NCBI GenBank assembly: GCA_902633655.1
Contig: CACPHA010000001.1
Span: 1,263-65,262, forward strand
Direction of reading: 5' to 3'
From: Paracoccaceae bacterium
GTDB lineage: Bacteria > Pseudomonadota > Alphaproteobacteria > Rhodobacterales > Rhodobacteraceae
Length of the DNA: 64,000 nucleotides
In this document: piece by piece, positions 28,485 to 41,664 of the stretch
How the letters are laid out: each line of letters opens with the position of its first letter
Position numbering within the stretch: position 1 is the stretch's first letter
The notes under the pieces: generated by a model
Told to the model about the DNA's origin: nothing
The model's database searches: none
What the model saw: the letters and a program-made list of their open reading frames with translations, nothing else
Position numbers and translations under genes: made by a program

Positions 28485-29120
28485 ATGAAAGACATCACAC
28501 TTTATGACTATTGGCGGTCCTCAGCCAGCTACCGGGTGCGAATTGCGCTTAACCTAGCAAAAATTGAGTACAAAACGGTTCCTGTAGACTTACTCAAAGG
28601 TGAACAAAGATCCGAAGTACATCTTACCCGACAACCGCAAGGGTTTGTACCAGTTCTTGAAGTCGATGGTCAGCGCTTCACACAATCGCTTGCAATAATT
28701 GAATATATAAATGAAACGTATAATCTTGGCCTCTTACCAGAGAAAATTGCTGACAGGACAAAAGTAAGGGCGCTCGCGCAAACACTCGCCATCGATGTCC
28801 ACCCCGTATGTAATCTGGCGGTAACAAATTTTGCAGTCGAGCTTTCAGGATCACAAGAAACGCGACCAATCTGGATCAAAAGTTTCATTGAACCAGGGTT
28901 GAAGGCTTTTGAAACATTACTAGGTGCATTTGAACAATCACCGTATTGCACGGGTTCTGATATTTCAGTTGCTGATGTCTGCTTGATGCCACAGATATAT
29001 AATGCCAATCGCTGGGGAACTTCAATTGATAAATATCCCAGAATAGTTTCTGTCGTGAAAGCTTGTAATGCGGATTCTGCTTTTGTCGCAGCACATCCAG
29101 ACAATGTTAAAGCCAATTAG
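28485..29120 (+). CDS. maiA: Maleylacetoacetate isomerase (GST zeta class)
   Basis: LYDYWRSSASYRVRIALNL is the zeta-class signature. The gene sits within the hmgA/fahA cluster. Confidence 0.9.
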   Translation: MKDITLYDYWRSSASYRVRIALNLAKIEYKTVPVDLLKGEQRSEVHLTRQPQGFVPVLEVDGQRFTQSLAIIEYINETYNLGLLPEKIADRTKVRALAQTLAIDVHPVCNLAVTNFAVELSGSQETRPIWIKSFIEPGLKAFETLLGAFEQSPYCTGSDISVADVCLMPQIYNANRWGTSIDKYPRIVSVVKACNADSAFVAAHPDNVKAN

Positions 29121-29132
29121 AAAGATTAAAAA

Positions 29133-29900
29133 ATGAAAGCTCCACAAAATCATTTAAAACACGCCCTTAAAGCTGGTCGTAAACAGTTTGGGTGCTGGCT
29201 GAACTTGGCCGATAGTATAGGCGCGGAAATTGTGGGCCGAGCTGGATTTGACTGGGTTCTGGTCGATGCAGAACATGGGCCCAACGGAATTCGCGATGTA
29301 ACGACTCAGTTACAAGCGTTGGAAGGTCTTAATACATCTAGCATTGTACGCGTGCCAATTGGAGAGACCTGGATCATCAAACAAGTGCTTGATGCAGGCG
29401 CTCAGTCGCTTTTGATTCCGATAGTTGAAAGCGCACAAGAAGCGCAAAAGCACGTTGATGCCGTTCGCTACCCGCCCAATGGCAATCGTGGTGTTGGCGC
29501 TTTCGTTGCTCGTGCTGCCCAATTTGGGACTCTAACAGATTACCTTACGAGCGCGGATGAGCAAATTTGCCTGATAGTTCAACTTGAAACAAAGGCCGGC
29601 CTTGAGGCTTTGGATTATATGCTTGCTATAGATGGCATCGATGGCGTTTTTGTTGGGCCATCTGATCTTGCAGCTGACATGGGCTTTCTTGGCAACCCAA
29701 AGTCTCCACAGGTGCAAAAGGCTATCGCCAATGCCCTAACGCGCATTTCTGCCTCCGGTAAAGCCGCCGGTATTTTGTCTTTGGACGATTCTGACACTAA
29801 AAAATATCTCGAACATGGTGCGCGCATGGTCGGTGTTGCTTCAGATGTACTAACCCTTAATCATACCTTAAGGGAAAAAGCCCAAAAATGGCGTAGTTAA
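29133..29900 (+). CDS. HpcH/HpaI family class II aldolase
   Basis: GCWLNLADSIGAEIVGRAGFDWVLVDAEHGPN and VRYPPNGNRGVG motifs. Confidence 0.85.
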   Translation: MKAPQNHLKHALKAGRKQFGCWLNLADSIGAEIVGRAGFDWVLVDAEHGPNGIRDVTTQLQALEGLNTSSIVRVPIGETWIIKQVLDAGAQSLLIPIVESAQEAQKHVDAVRYPPNGNRGVGAFVARAAQFGTLTDYLTSADEQICLIVQLETKAGLEALDYMLAIDGIDGVFVGPSDLAADMGFLGNPKSPQVQKAIANALTRISASGKAAGILSLDDSDTKKYLEHGARMVGVASDVLTLNHTLREKAQKWRS

Positions 29901-29957
29901 ACACAATGCTGTGGCTTGCAACCCTTCACCAAAGAAACGAATACTGCAATAGACTAA

Positions 29958-32802
<2,845 letters not shown>

Positions 32803-32806
<4 letters not shown>

Positions 32807-33633
32807 CCAGGCCGCAAATCAAGCATTCTGCGTGCTTCCTCCCAAGTAGCTACTGGCCGTTCATATTTTTCACAAAGTGTCACAAGCCTATCTACAAGTG
32901 CCGCATTTGATGGTGCTAGTGTCCATTTATCTAGCTTGACATTGTCCTCTAGTCCGGTGCGGGCGTGCCCGCCTAGTGCAACACACCATTCATTTAAAAC
33001 AATCTGACTAGCGCCGATTCCGGCCGCGCACCAATCTGCATCGGGCAATAGACGTTCAACTGTTTTGATGTAATAGTCAAACACATCTTTATCCACTGGC
33101 ATAGCATTTTTGACACCCATAACGAATTGCACATAAAGCCGTCCTTTTAGCCTACCGTCTCGATGCATAAGCGCCGCGTTGTGGATGTGTGAGAGGTCAA
33201 ATGCTTCAATTTCAGGCTTAATATCATACTTCGTCATTTCATTAGCCAACCAGGCAATTAAATTAGGTGAGTTTTCGTAAACTCGCGCTGGGAAGTTATT
33301 GGATCCGACCGTTAGAGAAGCCATATCAGGTTTCAATGGTAACATACCACCCCGTTCTTCCCCAGCACCCGAACGTCCACCAGTTGACAGTTGGATGATC
33401 ATACCAGGGCAGTGGCACTTTAAACCTTCCATCAAGAGTGCAAATCGGTCTGGATCAGAGGTCGGAGTGCCATCGTCCAGCCGTACATGACAATGCACGA
33501 TAGAGGCTCCTGCCTCAAAAGCTTCTTGAGCACTTTCTACCTGCTCAGCAATCGATATTGGCACTGATGGATTATCGGCTTTTTGCGGTACTGACCCAGT
33601 AATAGCGACACAGATGATACAGGGTTTTGTCAT
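32803..33633 (-). CDS. Beta-keto acid cleavage enzyme (BKACE/DUF849; 3-keto-5-aminohexanoate cleavage enzyme family)
   Basis: 276 aa. PCIICVAITGSVP, HCHVRLDDG and a TIM-barrel pattern typical of DUF849. Confidence 0.8.
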
Positions 33634-33745
33634 TCGAATTTGACCTTAAAATATTCCTAATGGTCTTGTGCAAAAAGCTTTGCAGTTTCCAGACTGAGTT
33701 CTGTCGTTTTTACCCAAACAATAATTCCACTGGTAGTCAACAAGT

Positions 33746-34057
33746 TCAATGTGTCCATACGACCTTTCGATCAGTTGCAAAATTTTCCCCATATCCGCGA
33801 GGCCTAATATTTATTTTTCGCACTTTAGATTCTAAGACTACTGCCTCAATTCCTTCATCCTTAGCATAGGACAAAGCAGCTTCTTTGGTTTCAAAACGCA
33901 GCTTTACCTGGCTTTGAGTATCATCACTGGAAGTCCAGCCCATCAAAGGGTCTACTTCGCGTGCAGAGCGCGGCGGATATTCTAGGATCCATTCCCGTGT
34001 TTTTGCGGTACCAGAGGACATGGCTGTTCGAGACGGGCGATAAATACGTGCACGCAT
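33746..34057 (-). CDS. ETC complex I NDUFS4-like small protein
   Basis: [27 protein letters not shown]...[12 protein letters not shown]...[10 protein letters not shown] matches the alphaproteobacterial NDUFS4 (18 kDa subunit) homologue pattern. Confidence 0.8.
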   Translation of the reverse strand: MRARIYRPSRTAMSSGTAKTREWILEYPPRSAREVDPLMGWTSSDDTQSQVKLRFETKEAALSYAKDEGIEAVVLESKVRKINIRPRGYGENFATDRKVVWTH

Positions 34058-34247
34058 TGTGAGAGCTCCTCATAATTTCTTATAGGCAGTGATTAAATCC
34101 ATGTAAACAGAAACCATTTCCAGAAAACTGCAACTTCTTATTGCGAAGATAATTTTAAGAAACTGCGATTTCGAAATGTACGGACCCTTTCATGCCGTTG
34201 AAACTTTTGTGGTGCCACCTATAATTAGTGTTCAGCAAGGATACAAC

Positions 34248-36425
34248 ATGCCTGATGAAATCTTTGGACATACCACTGAAGAAGTAAGACAACGTACGAA
34301 ACTTGAGGGCGGTGTAAGTTTCAAAATGCATACAGAATTTGTACCCGCCGGTGACCAACCTCCTGCAATAGAAGAGCTTACCGCAGGTATAAATGACGGG
34401 GAGCGTGATCAGGTACTATTGGGTGCTACAGGTACTGGAAAAACCTTTACGATGGCCAAAGTCATCGAAGAAACACAGCGGCCGGCAATTATTCTTGCTC
34501 CAAACAAAACACTCGCAGCGCAGCTTTTTGGAGAGTTTAAGGGCTTTTTCCCCGAAAACTCAGTTGAATACTTTGTTAGTTTTTATGACTACTATCAACC
34601 CGAGGCTTATGTGCCGCGCTCAGACACGTACATTGAGAAAGAAAGCCAGATTAATGAACAAATCGATCGCATGCGACATTCGGCGACGCGGGCACTTTTG
34701 GAACGCGATGATGTGATCATTGTGGCTTCTGTATCCTGTATTTACGGCATAGGCTCAGTCGAAACTTATGGAGCGATGACACAAGATCTAAAAGCCGGTA
34801 AGTCCTATAATCAGAGACAAGTTATGGCAGACCTTGTAGCACAACAATATCATCGTAATGATCACGCCTTTCAACGAGGGTCCTTTCGGGTTCGTGGTGA
34901 CAGTCTTGAGATTTTTCCAGCGCATTTAGAAGACCGCGCATGGAAATTATCTTTTTTCGGAGATGAACTTGAATCTATAAGCGAATTTGATCCTCTGACC
35001 GGCGAGAAAACTAACACATTCGAACAAATCAGAGTTTATGCCAACTCCCATTACGTCACTCCAAAACCGACTATGCAACAGGCAATAATAAACATTAAAA
35101 AAGAGCTCCGCCATAGGCTAGATCAGCTTATTGATGAAGGTAAACTCTTAGAGGCGCAACGACTGGAGCAACGCACCAATTTCGATATTGAAATGCTGGA
35201 AGCAACTGGTGTTTGTAATGGTATTGAAAACTACTCCCGTTATTTGACAGGTCGCGCACCCGGCGAGCCACCGCCAACACTCTTCGAATTCATCCCAGAC
35301 AATGCAATCGTTTTTGCCGATGAAAGCCATGTATCCATCCCACAGATTGGTGGTATGTACAGAGGAGACCATAGGCGCAAATTTACTCTAGCAGAGCATG
35401 GTTTCCGCCTTCCATCTTGTATGGATAACCGCCCACTGAAATTTGAAGAGTGGAACGCCATGCGCCCGCAATCAGTTTATGTCAGTGCAACTCCATCAAG
35501 ATGGGAGCTTGAACAGTCAGGAGGAGTATTTATCGAACAGGTGATCCGCCCAACTGGTCTACTTGATCCAAACGTTGAAATCAGGCCTGTCGACATGCAG
35601 GTAGATGATCTTTTGGACGAAGTGCGCAAAGTTTCCAAATTAGGGTTCCGAACCCTTGTGACAACGCTTACAAAGCGAATGGCCGAGGATTTGACTGAGT
35701 ATATGAACGAACAGGGCATCCGCGTGCGCTATATGCACTCAGATATTGATACGTTGGAACGGATCGAAATTTTGCGGGATTTGCGACTTGGAGCATTTGA
35801 TGTATTAATTGGGATTAACCTGCTGAGAGAAGGCCTCGACATTCCAGAATGTGGACTAGTCGCAATTCTTGATGCTGATAAAGAGGGCTTTCTACGCTCC
35901 GAAACGTCTCTTATTCAAACAATTGGACGGGCCGCTAGAAACGCAGACGGGCGCGTGATTATGTACGCAGATCGCATCACTGGTTCTATGCAACGGGCAT
36001 TGACCGAAACGGACCGGCGGCGCGCGAAACAAATCGCCTATAACTCAGAGCACGGTATCACGCCAGAAACTGTGAAAAAAAATGTCGAGGATATCCTGGC
36101 TGGCCTGTATCGAGGGGATACAGATCAATCTCGGGTTACAGCAAAAATTGATAAGCCGTTGGTCGGTGCTAATCTTCAATCTGTTTTGGATGGGCTCCGT
36201 ACAGACATGCGCAAAGCAGCTGAAAACCTTGAATTTGAAGAAGCCGCGCGGTTGCGTGATGAACTCAAGCGCCTGGAAGCAGTAGACTTGGCCGTGGCAG
36301 ATGACCCACTTGCACGGCAATCTGCGATTGAGGCTGTTAGCAACACATCGAATACTAAGGGTCGATCCACTGCTGGTCGTGGAGGTACTAGGGCCTATCG
36401 CGGTAAATCTCAAAAGAAATTTTAA
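34248..36425 (+). CDS. uvrB: Excinuclease ABC subunit B
   Basis: [24 protein letters not shown], the helicase motifs and a C-terminal UVR domain ([16 protein letters not shown]). ATG 34248 is preferred over the track start 34176. Confidence 0.95.
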   Translation: MPDEIFGHTTEEVRQRTKLEGGVSFKMHTEFVPAGDQPPAIEELTAGINDGERDQVLLGATGTGKTFTMAKVIEETQRPAIILAPNKTLAAQLFGEFKGFFPENSVEYFVSFYDYYQPEAYVPRSDTYIEKESQINEQIDRMRHSATRALLERDDVIIVASVSCIYGIGSVETYGAMTQDLKAGKSYNQRQVMADLVAQQYHRNDHAFQRGSFRVRGDSLEIFPAHLEDRAWKLSFFGDELESISEFDPLTGEKTNTFEQIRVYANSHYVTPKPTMQQAIINIKKELRHRLDQLIDEGKLLEAQRLEQRTNFDIEMLEATGVCNGIENYSRYLTGRAPGEPPPTLFEFIPDNAIVFADESHVSIPQIGGMYRGDHRRKFTLAEHGFRLPSCMDNRPLKFEEWNAMRPQSVYVSATPSRWELEQSGGVFIEQVIRPTGLLDPNVEIRPVDMQVDDLLDEVRKVSKLGFRTLVTTLTKRMAEDLTEYMNEQGIRVRYMHSDIDTLERIEILRDLRLGAFDVLIGINLLREGLDIPECGLVAILDADKEGFLRSETSLIQTIGRAARNADGRVIMYADRITGSMQRALTETDRRRAKQIAYNSEHGITPETVKKNVEDILAGLYRGDTDQSRVTAKIDKPLVGANLQSVLDGLRTDMRKAAENLEFEEAARLRDELKRLEAVDLAVADDPLARQSAIEAVSNTSNTKGRSTAGRGGTRAYRGKSQKKF

Positions 36426-36552
36426 TTTTTTCTATTTTCTCATTTTGTTACTGAGGTTTACGAAAACGAACAGGTTGTCTTTGAGAAAAATCTCGGTGAA
36501 GTCATTAGCTCTGGATATAAATAGCTGGTACTTTCGTATATGGTTCACCCGA

Positions 36553-37632
36553 TCACAGTTGATAGCCAGGTGTGCTCTTCGACAGAGCAATTTCGTCTTC
36601 AGACATTTCCTCCTCTATACCATCAAACAAAGGCGTTGATAAATACCTTTCACCTGTGTCGGCAAGCATGCAGAGTATATTGGAAGCTTCTGGGGCTGAT
36701 TTAGCCACTTCCATAGCAACGGCGAGGCTTGCACCACCGGAAATACCTGTAAAAATCCCCTCTTTGCTTGCCAACTGTTTAGCCATAATCATGCCCTCAG
36801 AACCCGATACTTTCAGAAGATTATCGTAAAATCCACCATCAATGGCTTCTTGTAGTACAAGCGGAATGAAATCTGGCGTCCAGCCCTGGATAGGATGCGG
36901 CTCCCAATGGGGATGACTGGCTACTGGCTCACCATCTTCATTACGATCCTGAGCATGGTTAGAAGTCAGAAGAGCCGCATTGGCAGGCTCACTTAGAATA
37001 ATCTTTGTCTCAGGACTTTTTTGGCGCATGACTCGAGCCACACCCGCAATCGTACCACCCGTTCCATAACCCGTGACAAAATAATCCAATTTGATGTCTG
37101 AAAAATCAGCCAAAATTTCCTGGGCCGTTGTTGCGGCATGAATATCGGCGTTCGCACTCGTCTCAAACTGACGTGCCAGAAACCAACTATTCGCTTTCGC
37201 CAACTCTTTAGCCTTTTGATACATGCCAAAGCCCTTTTGAGACCTTGGTGTCAAAACAACCTTTGCACCCAAGAACCTCATGAGCTTGCGTCGTTCAATT
37301 GAGAAACTGTCAGCCATAGTAACAACAAGCGGATAACCCTTAGCCGCACAAACCATAGCCAAACCGATGCCGGTATTTCCACTTGTAGCCTCTACTACAG
37401 TTTGACCTGGACGAAGCGCACCTGAACGTTCCGCTGCCTCAATGATGTTAAGCGCAAGCCGATCTTTAACGGAAGCTGCCGGGTTAAACGCTTCGACTTT
37501 AACATACATATTTACATGTTCGGGCGATATGCGGTTGAGCTTTACAATAGGCGTATTTCCAACAGTTTTGGTGATTGAGTCGTATAGCACACCTCGACCT
37601 GAGGTAGTGAAAATTTCATTAGAAAACGGCAT
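36553..37632 (-). CDS. cysK: Cysteine synthase family PLP enzyme (CysK-like) with an acidic C-terminal tail
   Basis: GNTPIVKLNR, NPAASVKDR (PLP lysine) and TSGNTGIGLA. ATG at 37632 (MPFSNEIF...). Confidence 0.8.
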   Translation of the reverse strand: MPFSNEIFTTSGRGVLYDSITKTVGNTPIVKLNRISPEHVNMYVKVEAFNPAASVKDRLALNIIEAAERSGALRPGQTVVEATSGNTGIGLAMVCAAKGYPLVVTMADSFSIERRKLMRFLGAKVVLTPRSQKGFGMYQKAKELAKANSWFLARQFETSANADIHAATTAQEILADFSDIKLDYFVTGYGTGGTIAGVARVMRQKSPETKIILSEPANAALLTSNHAQDRNEDGEPVASHPHWEPHPIQGWTPDFIPLVLQEAIDGGFYDNLLKVSGSEGMIMAKQLASKEGIFTGISGGASLAVAMEVAKSAPEASNILCMLADTGERYLSTPLFDGIEEEMSEDEIALSKSTPGYQL

Positions 37633-37735
37633 AGAATGTTCCTTTATTTTAAACAAAAATCACAAAGCATGTCCTGGGGACCAGGCTAGGAATTCAATCG
37701 CCAATGTCTAGAGGTAATTTTTCTCAAAAAACCAC

Positions 37736-39355
37736 CTAGCCCGAACTCCTACCCACGTTCAGATTTGTCAACCAGTCCGGATCCATCTCTGGCACAGATG
37801 ACAGCAAGAGTTCGGTATACTCTGGATGCGGGGGCTTAAAGACATCGGTCTTCTGACCCTGCTCCACAACTTCACCTTTGTTCATTACAACCACTTGATC
37901 GGAGATTGCCTTAACAGTTGAAATATCATGGGTGATGAAGAGATAGGTCAGACCAAGCTCTTTCTGTAGGCGCATCAAAAGCTTAAGTATGCCTTCCTGC
38001 ACGATCTGATCAAGGGCGGATGTCACCTCGTCACAAATAATAAAATCCGGCTCAGCTGCTAAAGCGCGCGCGATACAAATCCTCTGTTTTTGCCCTCCTG
38101 AAAGTTCACTTGGCAAACGCTGCATGAATTCTTCATCCAATTCAATCATTTCTAGCAGCTCAATGGTGCGCGCCGTTTTTTTACTCCCTCGCATCCCAAG
38201 GTAAAACTCAAGCGGACGGCCAATGATCTCACTCACTGTTTGACGAGGATTCATCGCAGTATCCGCCATTTGATAAATCATCTGTATACGACGTTTTTCT
38301 TCTTTGGATCGATCACAAAGTTCTTTCGGCAAAGCCTTACCGTCAAACTCGACAGTCCCTGCAGTTTGTGGCAGAAGACCCGTGATTACCCGCGCAGCCG
38401 TGGATTTACCAGAGCCTGACTCTCCAACAACAGCTACCGTAGTTCCTTTGGCAACTTCGATATTGACGTTATACAATACTTTGGCTTTTCCGTAGCTAGC
38501 ATTAATGCCATTTAACGACAGGATGCTATCACCGCCTTGATGCTCTTTCTTCTTCAGAGATCGTACAGACCAAAGCGATTTGGTATACGCTTCTTTAGGA
38601 TCCGAGAGCATCTGACGTGTTGGTGCTTCTTCAACTTCTTTTCCATATCGAAGTACTTTGATAAAATCCGCCATCTGTGCCACTACAGCCAGATCATGGG
38701 TGATGTAGATTGCTGCCGTATTAAAGTTTTCAACAATCCGGCGCATGGCAGAAAGCACTTCAACCTGCGTTGTCACATCAAGTGCAGTTGTGGGTTCATC
38801 AAATACAATAAGATCAGGACGCGGTGATATCGCCATTGCTGTCATAACGCGTTGGAGCTGACCACCTGAGACCTGATGCGGATAGCGTTCCCCAATATTG
38901 TGGGGGTTTGGAAGATTAAGCGCCTCGTAAAGCTCACGCGCATCACCATAGGCCTCTTCTTTGGAGAAATTACCAGAACGCAGGGTTGCTGCGGTTGTTT
39001 GAGCTATAAGCCGATGCGCTGGATTAAAAGAAGCTGCTGCTGATTGCGCTACATATGTCATGCGGTTGCCCCAATAGCTACGCATTTTAGCATCAGATAA
39101 CTTCACGAGGTTCACACCATCAAAATTCACCTCACCAACTTTAATCCGGCACCCTGGCTGAGTATAACCCATTGCGGCAAGTCCCAGCGTTGACTTTCCT
39201 GCACCCGACTCACCAATCAAACCCATTATTTCACCACGGCGGAGTGTTACATCCACGCCCTTGACAATGTCATGCCATTTCTCATCAGAGAACCCTTCAA
39301 CCTCAAGACCTTTTATGTCTAAAAGAACTTCTCCTTTTTCCGATTTAATGCTCAT
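37736..39355 (-). CDS. Fused double ATPase of a peptide/nickel-type (Dpp/Opp) ABC importer
   Basis: Two Walker A motifs (GESGAGKST, GESGSGKST) and two signature motifs (VSGGQLQR, LSGGQKQR). ATG 39355 is preferred. Confidence 0.9.
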   Translation of the reverse strand: MSIKSEKGEVLLDIKGLEVEGFSDEKWHDIVKGVDVTLRRGEIMGLIGESGAGKSTLGLAAMGYTQPGCRIKVGEVNFDGVNLVKLSDAKMRSYWGNRMTYVAQSAAASFNPAHRLIAQTTAATLRSGNFSKEEAYGDARELYEALNLPNPHNIGERYPHQVSGGQLQRVMTAMAISPRPDLIVFDEPTTALDVTTQVEVLSAMRRIVENFNTAAIYITHDLAVVAQMADFIKVLRYGKEVEEAPTRQMLSDPKEAYTKSLWSVRSLKKKEHQGGDSILSLNGINASYGKAKVLYNVNIEVAKGTTVAVVGESGSGKSTAARVITGLLPQTAGTVEFDGKALPKELCDRSKEEKRRIQMIYQMADTAMNPRQTVSEIIGRPLEFYLGMRGSKKTARTIELLEMIELDEEFMQRLPSELSGGQKQRICIARALAAEPDFIICDEVTSALDQIVQEGILKLLMRLQKELGLTYLFITHDISTVKAISDQVVVMNKGEVVEQGQKTDVFKPPHPEYTELLLSSVPEMDPDWLTNLNVGRSSG

Positions 39356-40265
39356 CACGCAACCCACTTGTTTTGTGCAAGAACCAGTCCACGACGAAAT
39401 TCACCGCTACCGTCAATAGGGCAATCGCAGTTGCTGGCAGTAGAGGTCTCAAAACAACATTTGGATCGAATTGAGCATATATCATCATTTTTGCGTTTTC
39501 CCGAACCATAGACCCCCAGTCTGCGCTAGGTGGCTGGATACCAACCCCGAGAAAAGACAATGCGGCAATCGATAAAAAAACAAAACAGAAACGCAAACCA
39601 AATTCAGCTATGAGCGGGGGCATGATATTTGGCAATATTTCTTTGCGCATGATCCAACCAAGCCCTTCACCCCTTAAGCGCGCCGCCTCTACGTAATCCA
39701 TTACGACAACGTTGATCGCAACCGCGCGGGTCAGACGGAAGACACGGGTCGAGTCCAGTACTGCGATGATTATAATTAGATTTAGTATCGTTGAGCCAAA
39801 AATGGAAAGAAGAACCAAAGCAAAGATAAGGCTTGGAATAGCCATCAAAACATCAACCATTCGGCTCAGAGCCTGATCAAAATAAGAACGGTCAATAGCT
39901 GCAGCGAGGCCCAAAGCACCTCCTATGAGAAATGCCAATAGTGTTGTGGCAACGGCGATACCTACTGTATTGCGTGCACCGTAAATCATCCTAGAAAAAG
40001 TATCACGGCCAATTTGATCAGTTCCAAAAATAAATTCAGAACTCCATGGTGCATAAGGGGTAGGGAAAACCTCTGCCTGGCCATACGGTGCAATCAGAGG
40101 CGCAAATAGTGCAACGAAAGCGTAGAAAAAAATAATCAACATGCCAATGCGGGCTGTCCAGGGGGATTTTTTAAGATCAATTTTTAGGCGTGTCCAAAAC
40201 GTCCGCTTTTCACGAACGGAGCCAACCTCGCCGGTAGCGGAATATGTGTCAGAACCTTGTGTCAT
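39345..40265 (-). CDS. ABC importer permease (DppC/OppC-like)
   Basis: 306 aa, hydrophobic, with an EAA-loop region (YVEAARLRGEG). Confidence 0.85.
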   Translation of the reverse strand: MTQGSDTYSATGEVGSVREKRTFWTRLKIDLKKSPWTARIGMLIIFFYAFVALFAPLIAPYGQAEVFPTPYAPWSSEFIFGTDQIGRDTFSRMIYGARNTVGIAVATTLLAFLIGGALGLAAAIDRSYFDQALSRMVDVLMAIPSLIFALVLLSIFGSTILNLIIIIAVLDSTRVFRLTRAVAINVVVMDYVEAARLRGEGLGWIMRKEILPNIMPPLIAEFGLRFCFVFLSIAALSFLGVGIQPPSADWGSMVRENAKMMIYAQFDPNVVLRPLLPATAIALLTVAVNFVVDWFLHKTSGLRDEH

Positions 40266-41242
40266 TTCGGATGCAGAAGCCTTGGGTTCGTTATAATGCC
40301 TATGATATCAGCAATGAGATTAAGTAGAATATATGTCATAGCAAAAATTAATGCGCAGCCTTGCACAACAGGAATATCGCGGCTGGTAACTGCATCTACC
40401 ATAAGTTGCCCAACTCCTGGATATACAAATACGACTTCAACGACCACGACACCCACCACAAGGTATGCCAGGTTAAAAGCAATAACTGTGGCAATAGGTG
40501 CCCAAGCATTTGGAAGGGCGTGTTTGACAATCACCTCGGTCTGCGAAGCACCCGAAAGCCGTGCCATTTGAATGTAGGGGCTTGCGAGGAGATTAATGAT
40601 TGCAGCACGCGTCATGCGCATCATGTGTGCTACAATTACCAAAGTAAGTGTAAGCGCGGGTAGAGCAGTTCTAAAAATTCGCTCACCTACAGGGGTAGAA
40701 TCATCAACGTTGGCAAGTGATGGAAAGACTGGATAAAGTGACGCTAAAAGTAGAATGAGGATATAAGCCACAAAAAACTCTGGAAAGGAAATAGTCGTTA
40801 ATGTGGCTGTATTCACCGACCTGTCATAAAAAGAATTTCTATAAAGCGCGGTTGTGATACCCAGTGCCAATGAAATCGGAACAGCAATGACTGCCGTCAT
40901 CCCAGCAAGAAACAAGGTATTCCATAGACGAGGTGCGATCAGATCCACAACAGCCCTGGAGCGATCGATGCCTGAGGCATTACGACCAGAAAAAGAGGTC
41001 CCTAAATCACCTTGTATGGCTCCACCAACCCACTGCAAATAACGGAGATAGGGGGGCTGATCCAAGCCTAGCTCTCGGCGAAATGCAGCGACCGTCTCTT
41101 CGGTTGCCGCCTGACCTAAGATGGCCTGCCCAAAGTCGCCAGGCAGCATTTCTATAGCAGAAAAAATAATGATGGAGACAACAAACAAGGTCGCAAGCCC
41201 CAATCCCAATCTCTGAAGGACTGTTTTTGTTACTGGGTGCAC
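40262..41242 (-). CDS. ABC importer permease (DppB/OppB-like)
   Basis: 326 aa with a GTG start. N-terminal RLGLGLATLFVVSIIIF and an EAA-like region (YIQMARLSGAS). No binding-protein gene lies upstream. Confidence 0.85.
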   Translation of the reverse strand: MHPVTKTVLQRLGLGLATLFVVSIIIFSAIEMLPGDFGQAILGQAATEETVAAFRRELGLDQPPYLRYLQWVGGAIQGDLGTSFSGRNASGIDRSRAVVDLIAPRLWNTLFLAGMTAVIAVPISLALGITTALYRNSFYDRSVNTATLTTISFPEFFVAYILILLLASLYPVFPSLANVDDSTPVGERIFRTALPALTLTLVIVAHMMRMTRAAIINLLASPYIQMARLSGASQTEVIVKHALPNAWAPIATVIAFNLAYLVVGVVVVEVVFVYPGVGQLMVDAVTSRDIPVVQGCALIFAMTYILLNLIADIIGIITNPRLLHPK

Positions 41243-41556
41243 GTCAAGTCACCGTATTCTTCTTAATAATAAGCTTCACCACTGATGTTTGCCTGAATAC
41301 AAGAAACAAATATGTCTTTTTAGCCCGGCGCGCGAGGACCATTTCCGAGCCATGGTTGTCTCCCTATTTTCCATTTTTCTTTTTTATACGCTACGTAAGG
41401 CGGCCGCTATAGAAAGATCAAGTAAAAACCATACCAACGGAGGCTTAAACATGAATAATTAGTTAATCGGTTACGTAAGCCAAGTTACTTAAATCTGAGC
41501 CTAATGACTTTTGCCTTGAATGTGAATAAAGTCCATCGTAAATACGCCCCACCTGC

Positions 41557-41631
41557 TGGGATGTAGCCAAGTGGTAAGGCAACTGTTTTTGGTACAGTGT
41601 ACCGTAGGTTCGAATCCTACCATCCCAGCCA
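41557..41631 (+). tRNA. tRNA-Gln (anticodon UUG)
   Basis: Hand-folded cloverleaf. Acceptor stem is TGGGATG/CATCCCA with U1-A72. Anticodon stem is ACTGT/ACAGT with loop TTTTGGT (anticodon TTG). T arm is GTAGG-TTCGAAT-CCTAC. Discriminator G and an encoded CCA are present. Confidence 0.9.
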
Positions 41632-41664
41632 GGTTGATTTTACTCTAAAATGCTTTTTAATGTG

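Noticed and set aside
28670-29116. 148-aa minus-strand ORF, plus two shorter ones, opposite maiA
   Set aside because: It is antisense to a gene with the unmistakable GST-zeta signature. It has no start context or motifs.
34230-34244. Possible alphaproteobacterial SOS box (GTTC-N7-GTTC) in front of uvrB
   Set aside because: The sequence is GTTCagcaaggATAC. The second half-site has two mismatches, and the element sits right at the ribosome-binding region. It is not convincing without comparative data.
41243-41556. Search for a degraded binding-protein gene, riboswitch or attachment-site repeat in the 314-nt region before tRNA-Gln
   Set aside because: There is no ORF remnant, recognisable RNA motif or copy of the tRNA 3' end that I could see by eye. 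A computational search is needed before claiming anything.
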